Assembly: GCA_000166095.1 (NCBI GenBank) | Contig: CP002278.1 | Location: 360,001-392,000 of the forward strand | Direction: 5' to 3' | DNA from: Methanothermus fervidus DSM 2088 | Lineage (GTDB): Archaea; Methanobacteriota; Methanobacteria; DSM-2088; Methanothermaceae | DNA length: 32,000 nucleotides | Part shown: positions 21,293-31,499 of the stretch, piece after piece | Position numbering within the stretch: the first letter of the stretch is position 1 | Layout of the letters: each line of letters opens with the position of its first letter | Program-made: the position numbers and the translations under genes | The notes under the pieces: generated by a model | Database searches by the model: none | What the model was told of the DNA's origin: nothing | What the model saw: only the letters and a program-made list of their open reading frames with translations

Positions 21293-22331
21293 TTTTTTGT
21301 AGAATTTTTTTACTTAAAAATTCTTCTGAGATAAATTTAGGATAAACTGGTAATCTTTCTTTTAATTTAAATCCAGCCTCTTCAGTAAGGTTTTTTAGTT
21401 CATCAATTTCAGGCCATTTAGATTCTGGATTTACATAATCTTTTGTTATTGGTGATACACCTCCCCAATCGTCCGCACCAGCAAAAATGAATAATTGTGC
21501 AGTCTCCCTATTTAAATTTGGTGGTATTTGAACACTAACATCTGGGAAAATCAATTTTGTTACTGCAACGGTTCTTAACATTTCAATTAATGAAGGTTCT
21601 GGATAATTCTCCATCGGAGTTCCTGGTTTTGGTTTAAAATTTTGAATTATGATCTCTTGTATATGACCATATTTGTCATGAATCTTCCTTAATTTAAGCA
21701 ATGATTCAATTCTTTCTTCAACTGTTTCACCAATTCCAATTAATAATCCGGTTGTAAACGGTATTTTTAATTTACCAGCATTTTCAATTGTTTTAAGTCT
21801 GAGTTTAGGATCTTTACCTGGACTATTTTTATGAGCAACAGTCTCCATTAATCTTTCACTGATATTTTCTAACATTAGACCCATCGATGCATTAACTTCT
21901 TTAAGTATTTTCAAATCTTTAAAGCTAAGTACGCCCATGTTTGTATGTGGGAGGAGAGATGTTTCTTCTAAAGTTTCATTGCATAAATAATATACATATT
22001 CCACCATGTTTTCATAACCTAGTCTATCAAGTATGTTATTCACAGGCTCAACAGAATCATCTATCTCACCCATTGTAAACAATGCTTCTTTACATCCATA
22101 TTTTTCTGCTAATTTTAATTTTGACAGAACTTCTTTTGGCATCATCAAAGGTTTTTTATAATTTTCATTTCTAAAAATACAATACCCACACTTATTTCTA
22201 CAAAAAGTAGTGACCGGTATAAAAACATTTTTAGAATAAGTTATGTATTTATCTTTTTTTAGAGAATAAGCTTTTCTCATTAGCTCTAATAAGTCTGAAT
22301 AAAATAATTCTATTGCTTCCTTTTTATTCAT
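21270..22331 (-). CDS. cofG: 7,8-didemethyl-8-hydroxy-5-deazariboflavin (FO) synthase subunit CofG, radical SAM
   Basis: I start at ATG 22331 (MNKKEAIE). YSKNVFIPVTTFCRNKCGYCIFR contains the CxxxCxxC motif in CofG-type context. The 3' end overlaps taw2 by 23 nt. Confidence 0.88.
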   Translation of the reverse strand: MNKKEAIELFYSDLLELMRKAYSLKKDKYITYSKNVFIPVTTFCRNKCGYCIFRNENYKKPLMMPKEVLSKLKLAEKYGCKEALFTMGEIDDSVEPVNNILDRLGYENMVEYVYYLCNETLEETSLLPHTNMGVLSFKDLKILKEVNASMGLMLENISERLMETVAHKNSPGKDPKLRLKTIENAGKLKIPFTTGLLIGIGETVEERIESLLKLRKIHDKYGHIQEIIIQNFKPKPGTPMENYPEPSLIEMLRTVAVTKLIFPDVSVQIPPNLNRETAQLFIFAGADDWGGVSPITKDYVNPESKWPEIDELKNLTEEAGFKLKERLPVYPKFISEEFLSKKILQKINELKHQ

Positions 22332-22335
22332 GTTT

Positions 22336-22785
22336 TCATGCAAGGCTGGACACCACAACCTCTATGAAACATGGTCCTACATCTGCTTTATCTTTGTAGA
22401 CAACAACAAATATACCTATATTATTTTTTCTTGCCAGCTTATATTCTACAATAAAATTCATTTGTTCAAAAGTCTCTTTAAGCTTTTCAATTCCCATAAA
22501 ATCTGATTCAGCTTCTGGATCTATCTCTAATCTTATATTATTGTCCATCATAGCTAAAATATTTGAACCTTCTCCAGACATTAAATCTACTTCTTTAGCA
22601 TCTAATTTTTCAAGTAATTTTTCTAACTCTTTTTTTATTTTTTCTCTATCCATTTTTTTACGAGATGCCCCCCTGACAATTAAAATTTTTTGAGAATCAA
22701 AAAGTGGTTTTGAACCCTCAAAAGCATTGAAATGTAATAGTATCTCCTTTGCAACATTATGTATACCTATCACATAGACACCCAT
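22336..22785 (-). CDS. Hypothetical protein (149 aa), family not recognised
   Basis: An uninterrupted ORF packed 3-4 nt from mptA and cofG, with codon and amino-acid usage like its neighbours. No motif was recognised. Confidence 0.6.
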   Translation of the reverse strand: MGVYVIGIHNVAKEILLHFNAFEGSKPLFDSQKILIVRGASRKKMDREKIKKELEKLLEKLDAKEVDLMSGEGSNILAMMDNNIRLEIDPEAESDFMGIEKLKETFEQMNFIVEYKLARKNNIGIFVVVYKDKADVGPCFIEVVVSSLA

Positions 22786-22788
22786 TAG

Positions 22789-23751
22789 TTATTGTTCTTT
22801 ATTTTTGTTAATTTCATATCTCAATTCTTGCAATGTGGCAACTCTTTCTGCAAATGCATTGTGTTGATGTATACTTTCTTCATTTACTTGTCTAACTGTA
22901 ACTATGGTATTATCTGGTAAATAGGAAAATTTTTCCACTATTTTATATAACATCTCCCTAACAGAATCCTCAACAAACATTGGTTTCTTATGTGCCATTT
23001 CTACAACTTTACTTTCATCAGGTCTTTTAAGTAACTCATAAACAGGTGAACTCATAGAACTCTCAATTATTTCTATTATGTCTTCTCCACGAACTTCATA
23101 ATTTTCAGGGACTTCTATCATTATAGTGCCTCTACTTCTTTGGTTATGAGAAGCTACTGTAACATTCTTCATCACTTTTTCTACAGTATTTTCATCTAAA
23201 AACTTTAACAATCTCTGCTTATTTAATTCCTTTAGTAGTTCTTGTGCACATGGACAAACAGTTATTCCTGTTACTTCGGCACCTATCATTTTTCTTATTT
23301 TAACATCGTTTCCGTTTCTAAAACCAACAGCATTTGCTATTATTTTTACCATTTCTTGGCTCTTATTGTTTGTTACTGGTGTCCTTCTTACAATTGCAAA
23401 ATCGCTTTCCATATTAACTTCTGCTCTTTGAGCATATTTGTGTTTTTTAAGTAATAAACTTGCAATTTTTGCACATAAAGACTCTAACTCTATATTTATA
23501 CCATTTACAGCTTCTTCTATTACTTCACTGATTGCTTCTGGATTTCTAGACATATGAATTCCTCTTTTACTACTTGGAAGATCTACAAAAGCATTGAAAA
23601 CTGGTAACATTATTATAGGTCTTTTATTTTTTCTTTCAATTTTTACAAGTTTTTTAACACCTGTAACCCCCACCCTTGTTAAAGATATGGGGATTTTGGG
23701 CAATTCGTTTTGTGTATCTGGGAAGCATGTGCTCAAAATTAACCACCCCAA
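22789..23751 (-). CDS. mptA: GTP cyclohydrolase MptA (FolE2/type IV family)
   Basis: Motifs are FPDTQNE, ISLTRVGVTG, PSSKRGIHMSR and the CPCAQEL metal site. The start is TTG 23751 or, more likely, TTG 23736, which lies 6 nt after GGGGTGG. Confidence 0.85.
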   Translation of the reverse strand: MGWLILSTCFPDTQNELPKIPISLTRVGVTGVKKLVKIERKNKRPIIMLPVFNAFVDLPSSKRGIHMSRNPEAISEVIEEAVNGINIELESLCAKIASLLLKKHKYAQRAEVNMESDFAIVRRTPVTNNKSQEMVKIIANAVGFRNGNDVKIRKMIGAEVTGITVCPCAQELLKELNKQRLLKFLDENTVEKVMKNVTVASHNQRSRGTIMIEVPENYEVRGEDIIEIIESSMSSPVYELLKRPDESKVVEMAHKKPMFVEDSVREMLYKIVEKFSYLPDNTIVTVRQVNEESIHQHNAFAERVATLQELRYEINKNKEQ

Positions 23752-24416
23752 AATTTAGATAATTTATGTAAGTCAATATCTTTAGGATCTTCACAGAACA
23801 TGACTTCAGCATTGTATAATTCTTTAGCTCTCTTAGCTAAAAGTTTTCCACTTTTATCTTTCTGAACTACAACTAATATTTTTTCAAAATGTTTTATTTT
23901 ACGTGATATTTCATTTTTAATGACTTTTATCCGTTTTTCAATATTTTTCAATGCATGTTCTGGGATGTTTGGATTTATTTCTTTCATGTCTTCTAAAGCT
24001 AAAGGTACTCCTGCAACTATTATTTGTCTTGGATCTACTCCAATATCTTGTAATCTTTTTTTAATTCTTGTATTTTGTGTAACTATCAAAATTTCTTTGG
24101 GTATTTCCTCTTCAACAGTTTTTATAACATCAAAATCTGATAATATTTTCTCTATTTTCTTTTTTACAAACATCAAATTATTACAAAATTCTTGAGCATC
24201 TTTACCTTTAATTTTTCTTGAAGGTAAAGTTTTATAAATAAAAGTTTCAGACTCTAACAACTTATTTATTGCATCATTGAGAGTTTCTATATCTATTTGA
24301 CCTTCTTTAACTTTATTTATTGTGATTTTATCTTTGCTTTTTATTTTAGGTTTGGATTTGCTAGCTTTTTTAATTAATCTTTCGCATTGTTTTATTCTTA
24401 TTCTATCCATCTTCAT
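23739..24416 (-). CDS. Hypothetical protein (225 aa) with a Lys-rich N-terminus, family not recognised
   Basis: An uninterrupted ORF 4 nt downstream of the HDAC-like gene, overlapping or abutting the mptA start. It has the KKASKSKPKIKSKDK tract and two strand-helix units (ILIVTQNTRIKKRLQ and ILVVVQKDKSGKLLAKRAK). Confidence 0.6.
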   Translation of the reverse strand: MKMDRIRIKQCERLIKKASKSKPKIKSKDKITINKVKEGQIDIETLNDAINKLLESETFIYKTLPSRKIKGKDAQEFCNNLMFVKKKIEKILSDFDVIKTVEEEIPKEILIVTQNTRIKKRLQDIGVDPRQIIVAGVPLALEDMKEINPNIPEHALKNIEKRIKVIKNEISRKIKHFEKILVVVQKDKSGKLLAKRAKELYNAEVMFCEDPKDIDLHKLSKFWGG

Positions 24417-24420
24417 ACCT

Positions 24421-25470
24421 CTATATTTTGAAAAAATTGGATATAATACTTTTTATTTCAGAATATAATTTTTTAACTCTTATTTTAACTTTTTTAGGTT
24501 CTTTAAATCCATCCAAAATTCTCAAATTTGAAAACTGATCCATCCCCAATAATTCAGGATTTGAATATAATATAAACATTAAATTTGAATATTTTAATGC
24601 TTTTAAATTATAGCCCCCCTCTAACACGCACATAATAGGTAAATTAAATTTTCTAAGGAATTTGGCGATCCATGCGTAAAATTTTTCAGTTAAATTAATA
24701 CTACCTAAAGGATCCCTTTTGTGTGCATCAAAACCTGCCTCTATTAATATTATTTCTGGCTTAAAATCATCGATTATTGGTGGGATAATTTCACTTAATA
24801 TCCATATGTAATCATTATCATCAGAGTTAGGAGGCATGGGGATATTTATATTATATCCTTCTCCTTCATTTTTACCAATTTCATCTATAAATCCGCAGCT
24901 AGGAAATATTGTTTTAGGATCTTGATGTATGGAAATGTATAAGACGCTAGGATCTTCATAATATATTTCCGCTGTTCCATTACCATAATGAAGGTCGAAA
25001 TCCAATATTAAAAAATTTTTAAATTTATTTCTCAAATTTTCAAGTCCTATTGCCAAATTATTAAAAATACAAAAACCCATGGCCTTATTTTTTGTTGCAT
25101 GGTGTCCCGGTGGTCTTGATATGGAATATACCCACTTTTTACCATTTATTATTAATTTTGATGCTTCTATTGCTCCACCAGCAGCCAGAGAAGCAACATC
25201 ATATGTATAGGATGTGGCATATGTATCAAAGTCTAAATAGCCTCCTCCTTTCTTACAAAATTCCTTTATGTAATTAATATAATGAAGTTCGTGAACTTTT
25301 TTTAAGTCATCGATTTTTGCCCTTTTTGGTTTATATACTTCCAAATGCTTAATAATTCCCTTTTCATGTAAAATATTTAATATTGCCTCAGTTCTATTTT
25401 TATTTTCGATATGATTTGGATTGTTATGAAGATTATATTTTTTACTATATATTATTGACATTATGATCAC
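24421..25470 (-). CDS. Histone deacetylase / acetylpolyamine amidohydrolase family protein
   Basis: Motifs are RPPGHHA, DFDLHYGNG (Y in place of the usual second H) and LEGGY. The start is GTG 25470 or ATG 25461. Confidence 0.85.
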   Translation of the reverse strand: MIIMSIIYSKKYNLHNNPNHIENKNRTEAILNILHEKGIIKHLEVYKPKRAKIDDLKKVHELHYINYIKEFCKKGGGYLDFDTYATSYTYDVASLAAGGAIEASKLIINGKKWVYSISRPPGHHATKNKAMGFCIFNNLAIGLENLRNKFKNFLILDFDLHYGNGTAEIYYEDPSVLYISIHQDPKTIFPSCGFIDEIGKNEGEGYNINIPMPPNSDDNDYIWILSEIIPPIIDDFKPEIILIEAGFDAHKRDPLGSINLTEKFYAWIAKFLRKFNLPIMCVLEGGYNLKALKYSNLMFILYSNPELLGMDQFSNLRILDGFKEPKKVKIRVKKLYSEIKSIISNFFKI

Positions 25471-25490
25471 TTAATCAAGACTATCAATCA

Positions 25491-25976
25491 CTAACTATTG
25501 CCCTCCAATATTTCACATGAATTCATGTTTTCCTTTACAACATTTAGTACAATTTGTGTATATGTGCGTACAACTTTTGGCTCTTTAAGTAAATTTTTAA
25601 TAAAATTATCTAATTCACTAGTATTTTTAAATCTAGCAATTATTACAACATCAAATTCTCCCGTGACATCATATATGCACAATATATTCTTATTAGATGA
25701 ATATGATTTTAGATCCTCTAAAAACCCACTTTTTGCTTTTATACCTATAATGACTGTGAGATCATAACCTAATTTTGAATGATCAATAACTGGCATGAAC
25801 TTCTTTATTACACCTTTATCCATCAGTTTTTTAATTCTGTTATGTACAGTGCCAACTGAAATATTTAATTTTCTTGATATTTCTCGGTAAGACATTCTTC
25901 CATCGTTATTTAGCAAATTTATTATTTTTTTATCTATCTTATCCAACATAACGTTGTTTTTATTTTTTGGAGACAT
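25491..25976 (-). CDS. Lrp/AsnC family transcriptional regulator
   Basis: It has the HTH LDKIDKKIINLLNNDGRMSYREISRKLNISVGTVHNRIKKL and a C-terminal RAM-type domain. Confidence 0.9.
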   Translation of the reverse strand: MSPKNKNNVMLDKIDKKIINLLNNDGRMSYREISRKLNISVGTVHNRIKKLMDKGVIKKFMPVIDHSKLGYDLTVIIGIKAKSGFLEDLKSYSSNKNILCIYDVTGEFDVVIIARFKNTSELDNFIKNLLKEPKVVRTYTQIVLNVVKENMNSCEILEGNS

Positions 25977-26182
25977 TCCACCACTCTCTGAACAATTTAT
26001 AAAATTATTTTTTATTTTATTTATTTGTTTAATTTAAGATAAATATTTAACATTATTTGTTTAAACAGAATATTGTTGTTTTTTATTTAATAAAAATCTA
26101 TATATAAAGTTAGCACAAATATTCAACCAAGTCATAAGAACCACGGCTTTTTAAATATATTATTTTTTGTGGAGGAAAATGA

Positions 26183-26557
26183 ATGCATGAAGTCTCAATG
26201 GCAAATGCTATTGTTGAAACTGTAATTAATTCTGCCAAAAAAAATAATGCTAATAAAATTTTAGAAGTGAAGATCGAAGTTGGTGAATTAACATTGTTAA
26301 ATCCAGAACAGCTAAAATTTTGCCTTGAAACTTTAAGTAAGGATACTATTCTAGAAAATACAAAGTTTAAAATACAAAAAAATCCTGCAAGAATTTCTTG
26401 TAATTGCTGTGGTTATGAAGGTAAGGTAAAAATAGATGATAATTCAGATCACTATTTGGCATTTGTTTCCTGTCCTAAATGTGGATGTATGGATATAAAA
26501 ATACTTTCAGGAAGAGAATGCAATGTAAAGAGTATAAAAATTGAGAAGGGGGATTAA
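26183..26557 (+). CDS. hypA: Hydrogenase nickel incorporation protein HypA
   Basis: GGAGGA lies 6 nt upstream. The N-terminal MHE nickel motif is present, with the zinc site CNCCG...CPKCG. Confidence 0.9.
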   Translation: MHEVSMANAIVETVINSAKKNNANKILEVKIEVGELTLLNPEQLKFCLETLSKDTILENTKFKIQKNPARISCNCCGYEGKVKIDDNSDHYLAFVSCPKCGCMDIKILSGRECNVKSIKIEKGD

Positions 26558-27211
26558 ATGCATAAAATAGCTGAGGTAGAGGTAGAAAAGGATATAATAA
26601 TGGCAAATAAAAAATTAGCAAGGAAAAACCAACGTTTATTAAATCAAAAAAATGTTTTTGCCATCGATGTCCTAGGAGCCATTGGTTCTGGAAAAACAGC
26701 TCTAATTGAAAAATTGATAGAAAAAATGAACAAAAAAATTGCTGTTATAGCAGGAGATGTCGTAAGTAAATATGATGCCAAAAGAATTGAAAAACTTAAT
26801 GTACCAGTGGTGGGTGTGAACACTGGTAAGGAATGTCATTTAGATGCCCATTTAGTTGAACATGCACTAGAAGAAATACCTTTAGATGAAATTGAAGTAT
26901 TGTTTATTGAAAATGTAGGAAACTTAATCTGTCCTGTAGATTTTGAATTGGGATCACATCTAAGAATGGTCGTGATAAGCACTTCTGAAGGAGATGACAT
27001 AATAAAAAAACATCCTCATATATTTAAAGAGGCTGACATTGTAGTAATAAATAAGATAGATATCGCAGAATTTGTAGGTTCTGACATAAATAAGATGGTT
27101 AAAGATGTGAAAAAACTTAATCCTACTGCCAAAGTTATTAAAACTTCTGTAAAAACTGGTGAAGGTATAGACGATGTAAAGAATGCAATACTTGAATTTA
27201 TGGGCAAATAA
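26558..27211 (+). CDS. hypB: Hydrogenase nickel incorporation GTPase HypB
   Basis: The ATG abuts the hypA stop. It has the P-loop GAIGSGKT, ENVGNLICP and NKIDI. Confidence 0.92.
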   Translation: MHKIAEVEVEKDIIMANKKLARKNQRLLNQKNVFAIDVLGAIGSGKTALIEKLIEKMNKKIAVIAGDVVSKYDAKRIEKLNVPVVGVNTGKECHLDAHLVEHALEEIPLDEIEVLFIENVGNLICPVDFELGSHLRMVVISTSEGDDIIKKHPHIFKEADIVVINKIDIAEFVGSDINKMVKDVKKLNPTAKVIKTSVKTGEGIDDVKNAILEFMGK

Positions 27212-27221
27212 TGGTGAAGAG

Positions 27222-28318
<1,097 letters not shown>

Positions 28319-28341
28319 ATCAAAATATATGTAAATAAGAC

Positions 28342-29001
28342 CTAAATATAAATATTACGTTTTTTTACTTTTAAATTTTTTGCGGTGTTTGTTGCTAAGA
28401 TATGTGCCAATCTTACTGGTTCAGGTACTTTATACCTAATTAATTTTGAAATTATTTGTTCACAGGTCTTAAGAGACACTTTATGTCCTACACTCACATA
28501 CACATCTCCCACTTTTACTCCTAAAACTTCACCTTGATAAAATATTTTATTATTCTTTACTTTTGCACCTCTTATCAATTTTTTTGCTACACCTATACTT
28601 GGGATATCTAATAAAACTCCAACATGAGAAGCAAGTCCAAAACGTCTTGGATGTAATATTCCATTTCCATCCACAACTAACACATCAAAATTATTTTTTA
28701 ATTTTTTAATTACAGATATTATAGCATCTGCCTCCCTAAATCCTAAAAAGCCAGAAATATATGGAAAAAATAAATTAGTTATTTCTGTCTTTTTTTCAAT
28801 AATTTTTAAATCGTTAAAATCAACTATAACTGCAGCAGAAACTGCAAAATTATTTACAGAGAATGATACATCTACTCCGGCAACTGTATTAACTTCATCT
28901 AAATAATTTTTCCTTATAACCTTTTTTGAAAGATTGGACTGTATATTTGCTAACTCATCCAACAATCTATAACTTATCATCTTTAAGCTGCTTTCAGCCA
29001 T
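28342..29001 (-). CDS. nfi: Endonuclease V
   Basis: Motifs are VAGVDVS, FPYISGFLGFRE, DGNGILHPRRFGLASHVG and PSIGVAKK. Possible starts are TTG 29016, ATG 29001 and ATG 28980. Confidence 0.9.
   Translation of the reverse strand: MAESSLKMISYRLLDELANIQSNLSKKVIRKNYLDEVNTVAGVDVSFSVNNFAVSAAVIVDFNDLKIIEKKTEITNLFFPYISGFLGFREADAIISVIKKLKNNFDVLVVDGNGILHPRRFGLASHVGVLLDIPSIGVAKKLIRGAKVKNNKIFYQGEVLGVKVGDVYVSVGHKVSLKTCEQIISKLIRYKVPEPVRLAHILATNTAKNLKVKKRNIYI
28345..28352 (-). promoter_or_regulatory. TATA box TTTATATT upstream of tRNA-Ala
   Basis: The box ends 26 nt upstream of the mature tRNA 5' end and lies immediately downstream of the nfi stop codon (28342-28344), inside the 23 nt nfi/tRNA-Ala spacer. 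Confidence 0.45.
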
Positions 29002-30334
29002 TCTGAAGCTTTTCAACTATTTCTTCACAAGCAGGTACAAAAGGATCAACCACAGTTGACAATGGTGGTGCATAAGAAAATTCCATTTCACATAAATCGC
29101 TACATTTCAAATGTTGTGAAATTGCAATTGACATTGCATCTATTCTTTCTGAAACTCCCTCTTTTGCAATTACTTGGCATCCAATTATCTTTCCATCCTT
29201 ATTACATACAATTTTTACATAAATCCTTTCAGCTCCTGGATAATATCTAGCCCTTGTAAGAGCTTTACTCATACCACATACTGCCTCTATATTATGATAT
29301 TTAGCATTAATCTCTGTCATTCCAACTGATCCAAATTCTAGATTACCTATACGTGATACCATAGCATTCAATACTGGACGAAATCTACACTTCTTACCTA
29401 TGATATTTTTGGCAGCTACTTTTGCTTGTCTAACTGCAGTTGATCCCAATGGAGATAATGTATTTTCACCTGTTATGAAATCTTTTACCTCAACACAATC
29501 TCCAACCGCATAAATATTTCTCACAGAAGTCTGCATTTTCTCATTTACTTTTATTCCCCATTTTCCTATTTTAATCCCTGCTTTTTTTGCTAAAGATATA
29601 TTAGGTTTAACACCTGTTGCCAATAATACCATATCGGTATTAATTTTTTTATTATTTAATTTTACAGCGTTTACTCTTTTTTCACCTATTATTTTTTTTA
29701 CGGTTTTACCAACTAATACATTTACTCCTAATTTCTCCAAATATTTTTGAATTATTTTTGCCATTTCAGGATCTAAAGATCTTGGAACAACTTGTGAAGC
29801 CATTTCTATAATATCAACTTCCGGTATTAAATGTTTTAATCCATATGCCATCTCTATTCCTATAAGACCAGCGCCAATTACTGTCGCATGTTCACAATTT
29901 TCTGCCCATTTTTTTATTTTAATTCCATCTTCAAGAGTTCTAACTGTAAAAACACCTTCTAGATTAACACCAGGTATTGGAGGGACTGCTGGAATTCCAC
30001 CAGTAGCTATAACAAGATAATCATATTTTAGTTCTTTTATTTTTGTATCATCAAGTCTTTTATATTTAATTAAGTTCTTAGTAGGTGAAATTTCAATTAC
30101 TTCTGTTTCAGTTAATATATTAATATCTTTATCCAAATAATATTCGATATCATGCATTATAATTTCATCAAAGCTTTTTATTTTCCCTGAGAGGACATAA
30201 GGTATTGCACAAGGAGAATAAGCAACATATTTATCTTTTGTGATAACTATTATTTCGATTTCTTTGTTGTATTTTCTTATATTAGAAGCTGTGGATAACC
30301 CACCTGCACCACTGCCAATTATGACCACTCTCAT
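28994..30334 (-). CDS. FAD-dependent pyridine nucleotide-disulfide oxidoreductase (NADH oxidase / CoA-disulfide reductase family)
   Basis: It has the FAD motif VVIIGSGAGG, a single redox Cys in YSPCAIPY and a second dinucleotide motif VIGAGLIGIE. Confidence 0.82.
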   Translation of the reverse strand: MRVVIIGSGAGGLSTASNIRKYNKEIEIIVITKDKYVAYSPCAIPYVLSGKIKSFDEIIMHDIEYYLDKDINILTETEVIEISPTKNLIKYKRLDDTKIKELKYDYLVIATGGIPAVPPIPGVNLEGVFTVRTLEDGIKIKKWAENCEHATVIGAGLIGIEMAYGLKHLIPEVDIIEMASQVVPRSLDPEMAKIIQKYLEKLGVNVLVGKTVKKIIGEKRVNAVKLNNKKINTDMVLLATGVKPNISLAKKAGIKIGKWGIKVNEKMQTSVRNIYAVGDCVEVKDFITGENTLSPLGSTAVRQAKVAAKNIIGKKCRFRPVLNAMVSRIGNLEFGSVGMTEINAKYHNIEAVCGMSKALTRARYYPGAERIYVKIVCNKDGKIIGCQVIAKEGVSERIDAMSIAISQHLKCSDLCEMEFSYAPPLSTVVDPFVPACEEIVEKLQNG

Positions 30335-30348
30335 AACGTCACCTTACC

Positions 30349-31497
30349 CTAAAAAATGATACCTTTTCCAATACTGAATGTAATATTTATAAGGACTATT
30401 AAAACCAATATTATGCCAATGCAATTTGTTATAGATTTTGCAACATCTTTTGAAATATTTAAATGTTTTAACAATTCTTCAAACATCAATCCACCATCTA
30501 AAGGCTTTATAGGTAGTAAGTTAAAAGATCCTATCCCTAAATTTAAAATTTGTATCCAAGAAAGTAATATACTAAACTCTAATAAAAATGAAAATAATGG
30601 TGCATAACTTTCAAGTCCTTTTTTAGGTACATAATTTTCCATACTTCTTATACCCATATATCCTCTTTTTGGATCTTCCGGTTTATGAGCCGTGACTAAA
30701 GTATATGTTCCTTTATCAGTCTGAATTTTTATTTTTTCACCTGGTTTTAATTTACTTACTACTGCAAAATAGCTTGAAAAATTATTTGTGGGGTGATCAT
30801 TGATAGCATGTATAACCATCCCACTTTTTAAAACCTTCGATGCAGGGGATCCAGGTACAACATCTGTAATTTTCATTCCATCTGGATGAAGTGCTGCAGG
30901 AATTATAAAATTTCCAATTAAGAAGGCAATTGCTAAACATATTAATGCTAAAGTGATGTTTGCAACCGACCCTGCAGCATATATCCTAAGTTTAGATATT
31001 CTTTTAGCTTTTTTCATGTCATTTTCATCAGGCTCTACAAATGCTCCAGGAAGTATGGCTAAAAGCATTACTCCAATAGATTTTATTCTAACTCCTTCTA
31101 CTCTGGCTAATATTCCATGTGCTAACTCATGCACTACTAAAACAGTTACTAATGCTATTATTCCATACCCTAAAGGCACATATATCTGTGATCCGGGCAT
31201 GTCAACGCCAGGCACGACAACTGAAACTGCAGGTTTTTTAAATACTGTTTTTAATGAATAAAAAAGAAATACTGTTGTCACAACCATGGTAATAAATGCA
31301 ACCACAATTCCAACATTCATATACCATTTCCAGAATTTTTTATGTCTTTTAGCGATTCTATCTATAAATTCTCTCATTCTTTTTGTTTTTCTCATCATTA
31401 ATAATCCATGAATTTCAATTTTCAATTTGTCCCTAAAGATTATTCCAAATGTCCAAACAATGAGAAAAAATATCAGATAAAAATGCAAAGCATCCAT
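30349..31497 (-). CDS. Site-2 protease family (M50) membrane metalloprotease with PDZ domain
   Basis: It has the HELAHG zinc motif, a PDZ-like VVPGSPASKVLKSGMVIHAIN, NLLPIKPLDGG and multiple TM segments. Confidence 0.88.
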   Translation of the reverse strand: MDALHFYLIFFLIVWTFGIIFRDKLKIEIHGLLMMRKTKRMREFIDRIAKRHKKFWKWYMNVGIVVAFITMVVTTVFLFYSLKTVFKKPAVSVVVPGVDMPGSQIYVPLGYGIIALVTVLVVHELAHGILARVEGVRIKSIGVMLLAILPGAFVEPDENDMKKAKRISKLRIYAAGSVANITLALICLAIAFLIGNFIIPAALHPDGMKITDVVPGSPASKVLKSGMVIHAINDHPTNNFSSYFAVVSKLKPGEKIKIQTDKGTYTLVTAHKPEDPKRGYMGIRSMENYVPKKGLESYAPLFSFLLEFSILLSWIQILNLGIGSFNLLPIKPLDGGLMFEELLKHLNISKDVAKSITNCIGIILVLIVLINITFSIGKGIIF

Positions 31498-31499
31498 TA

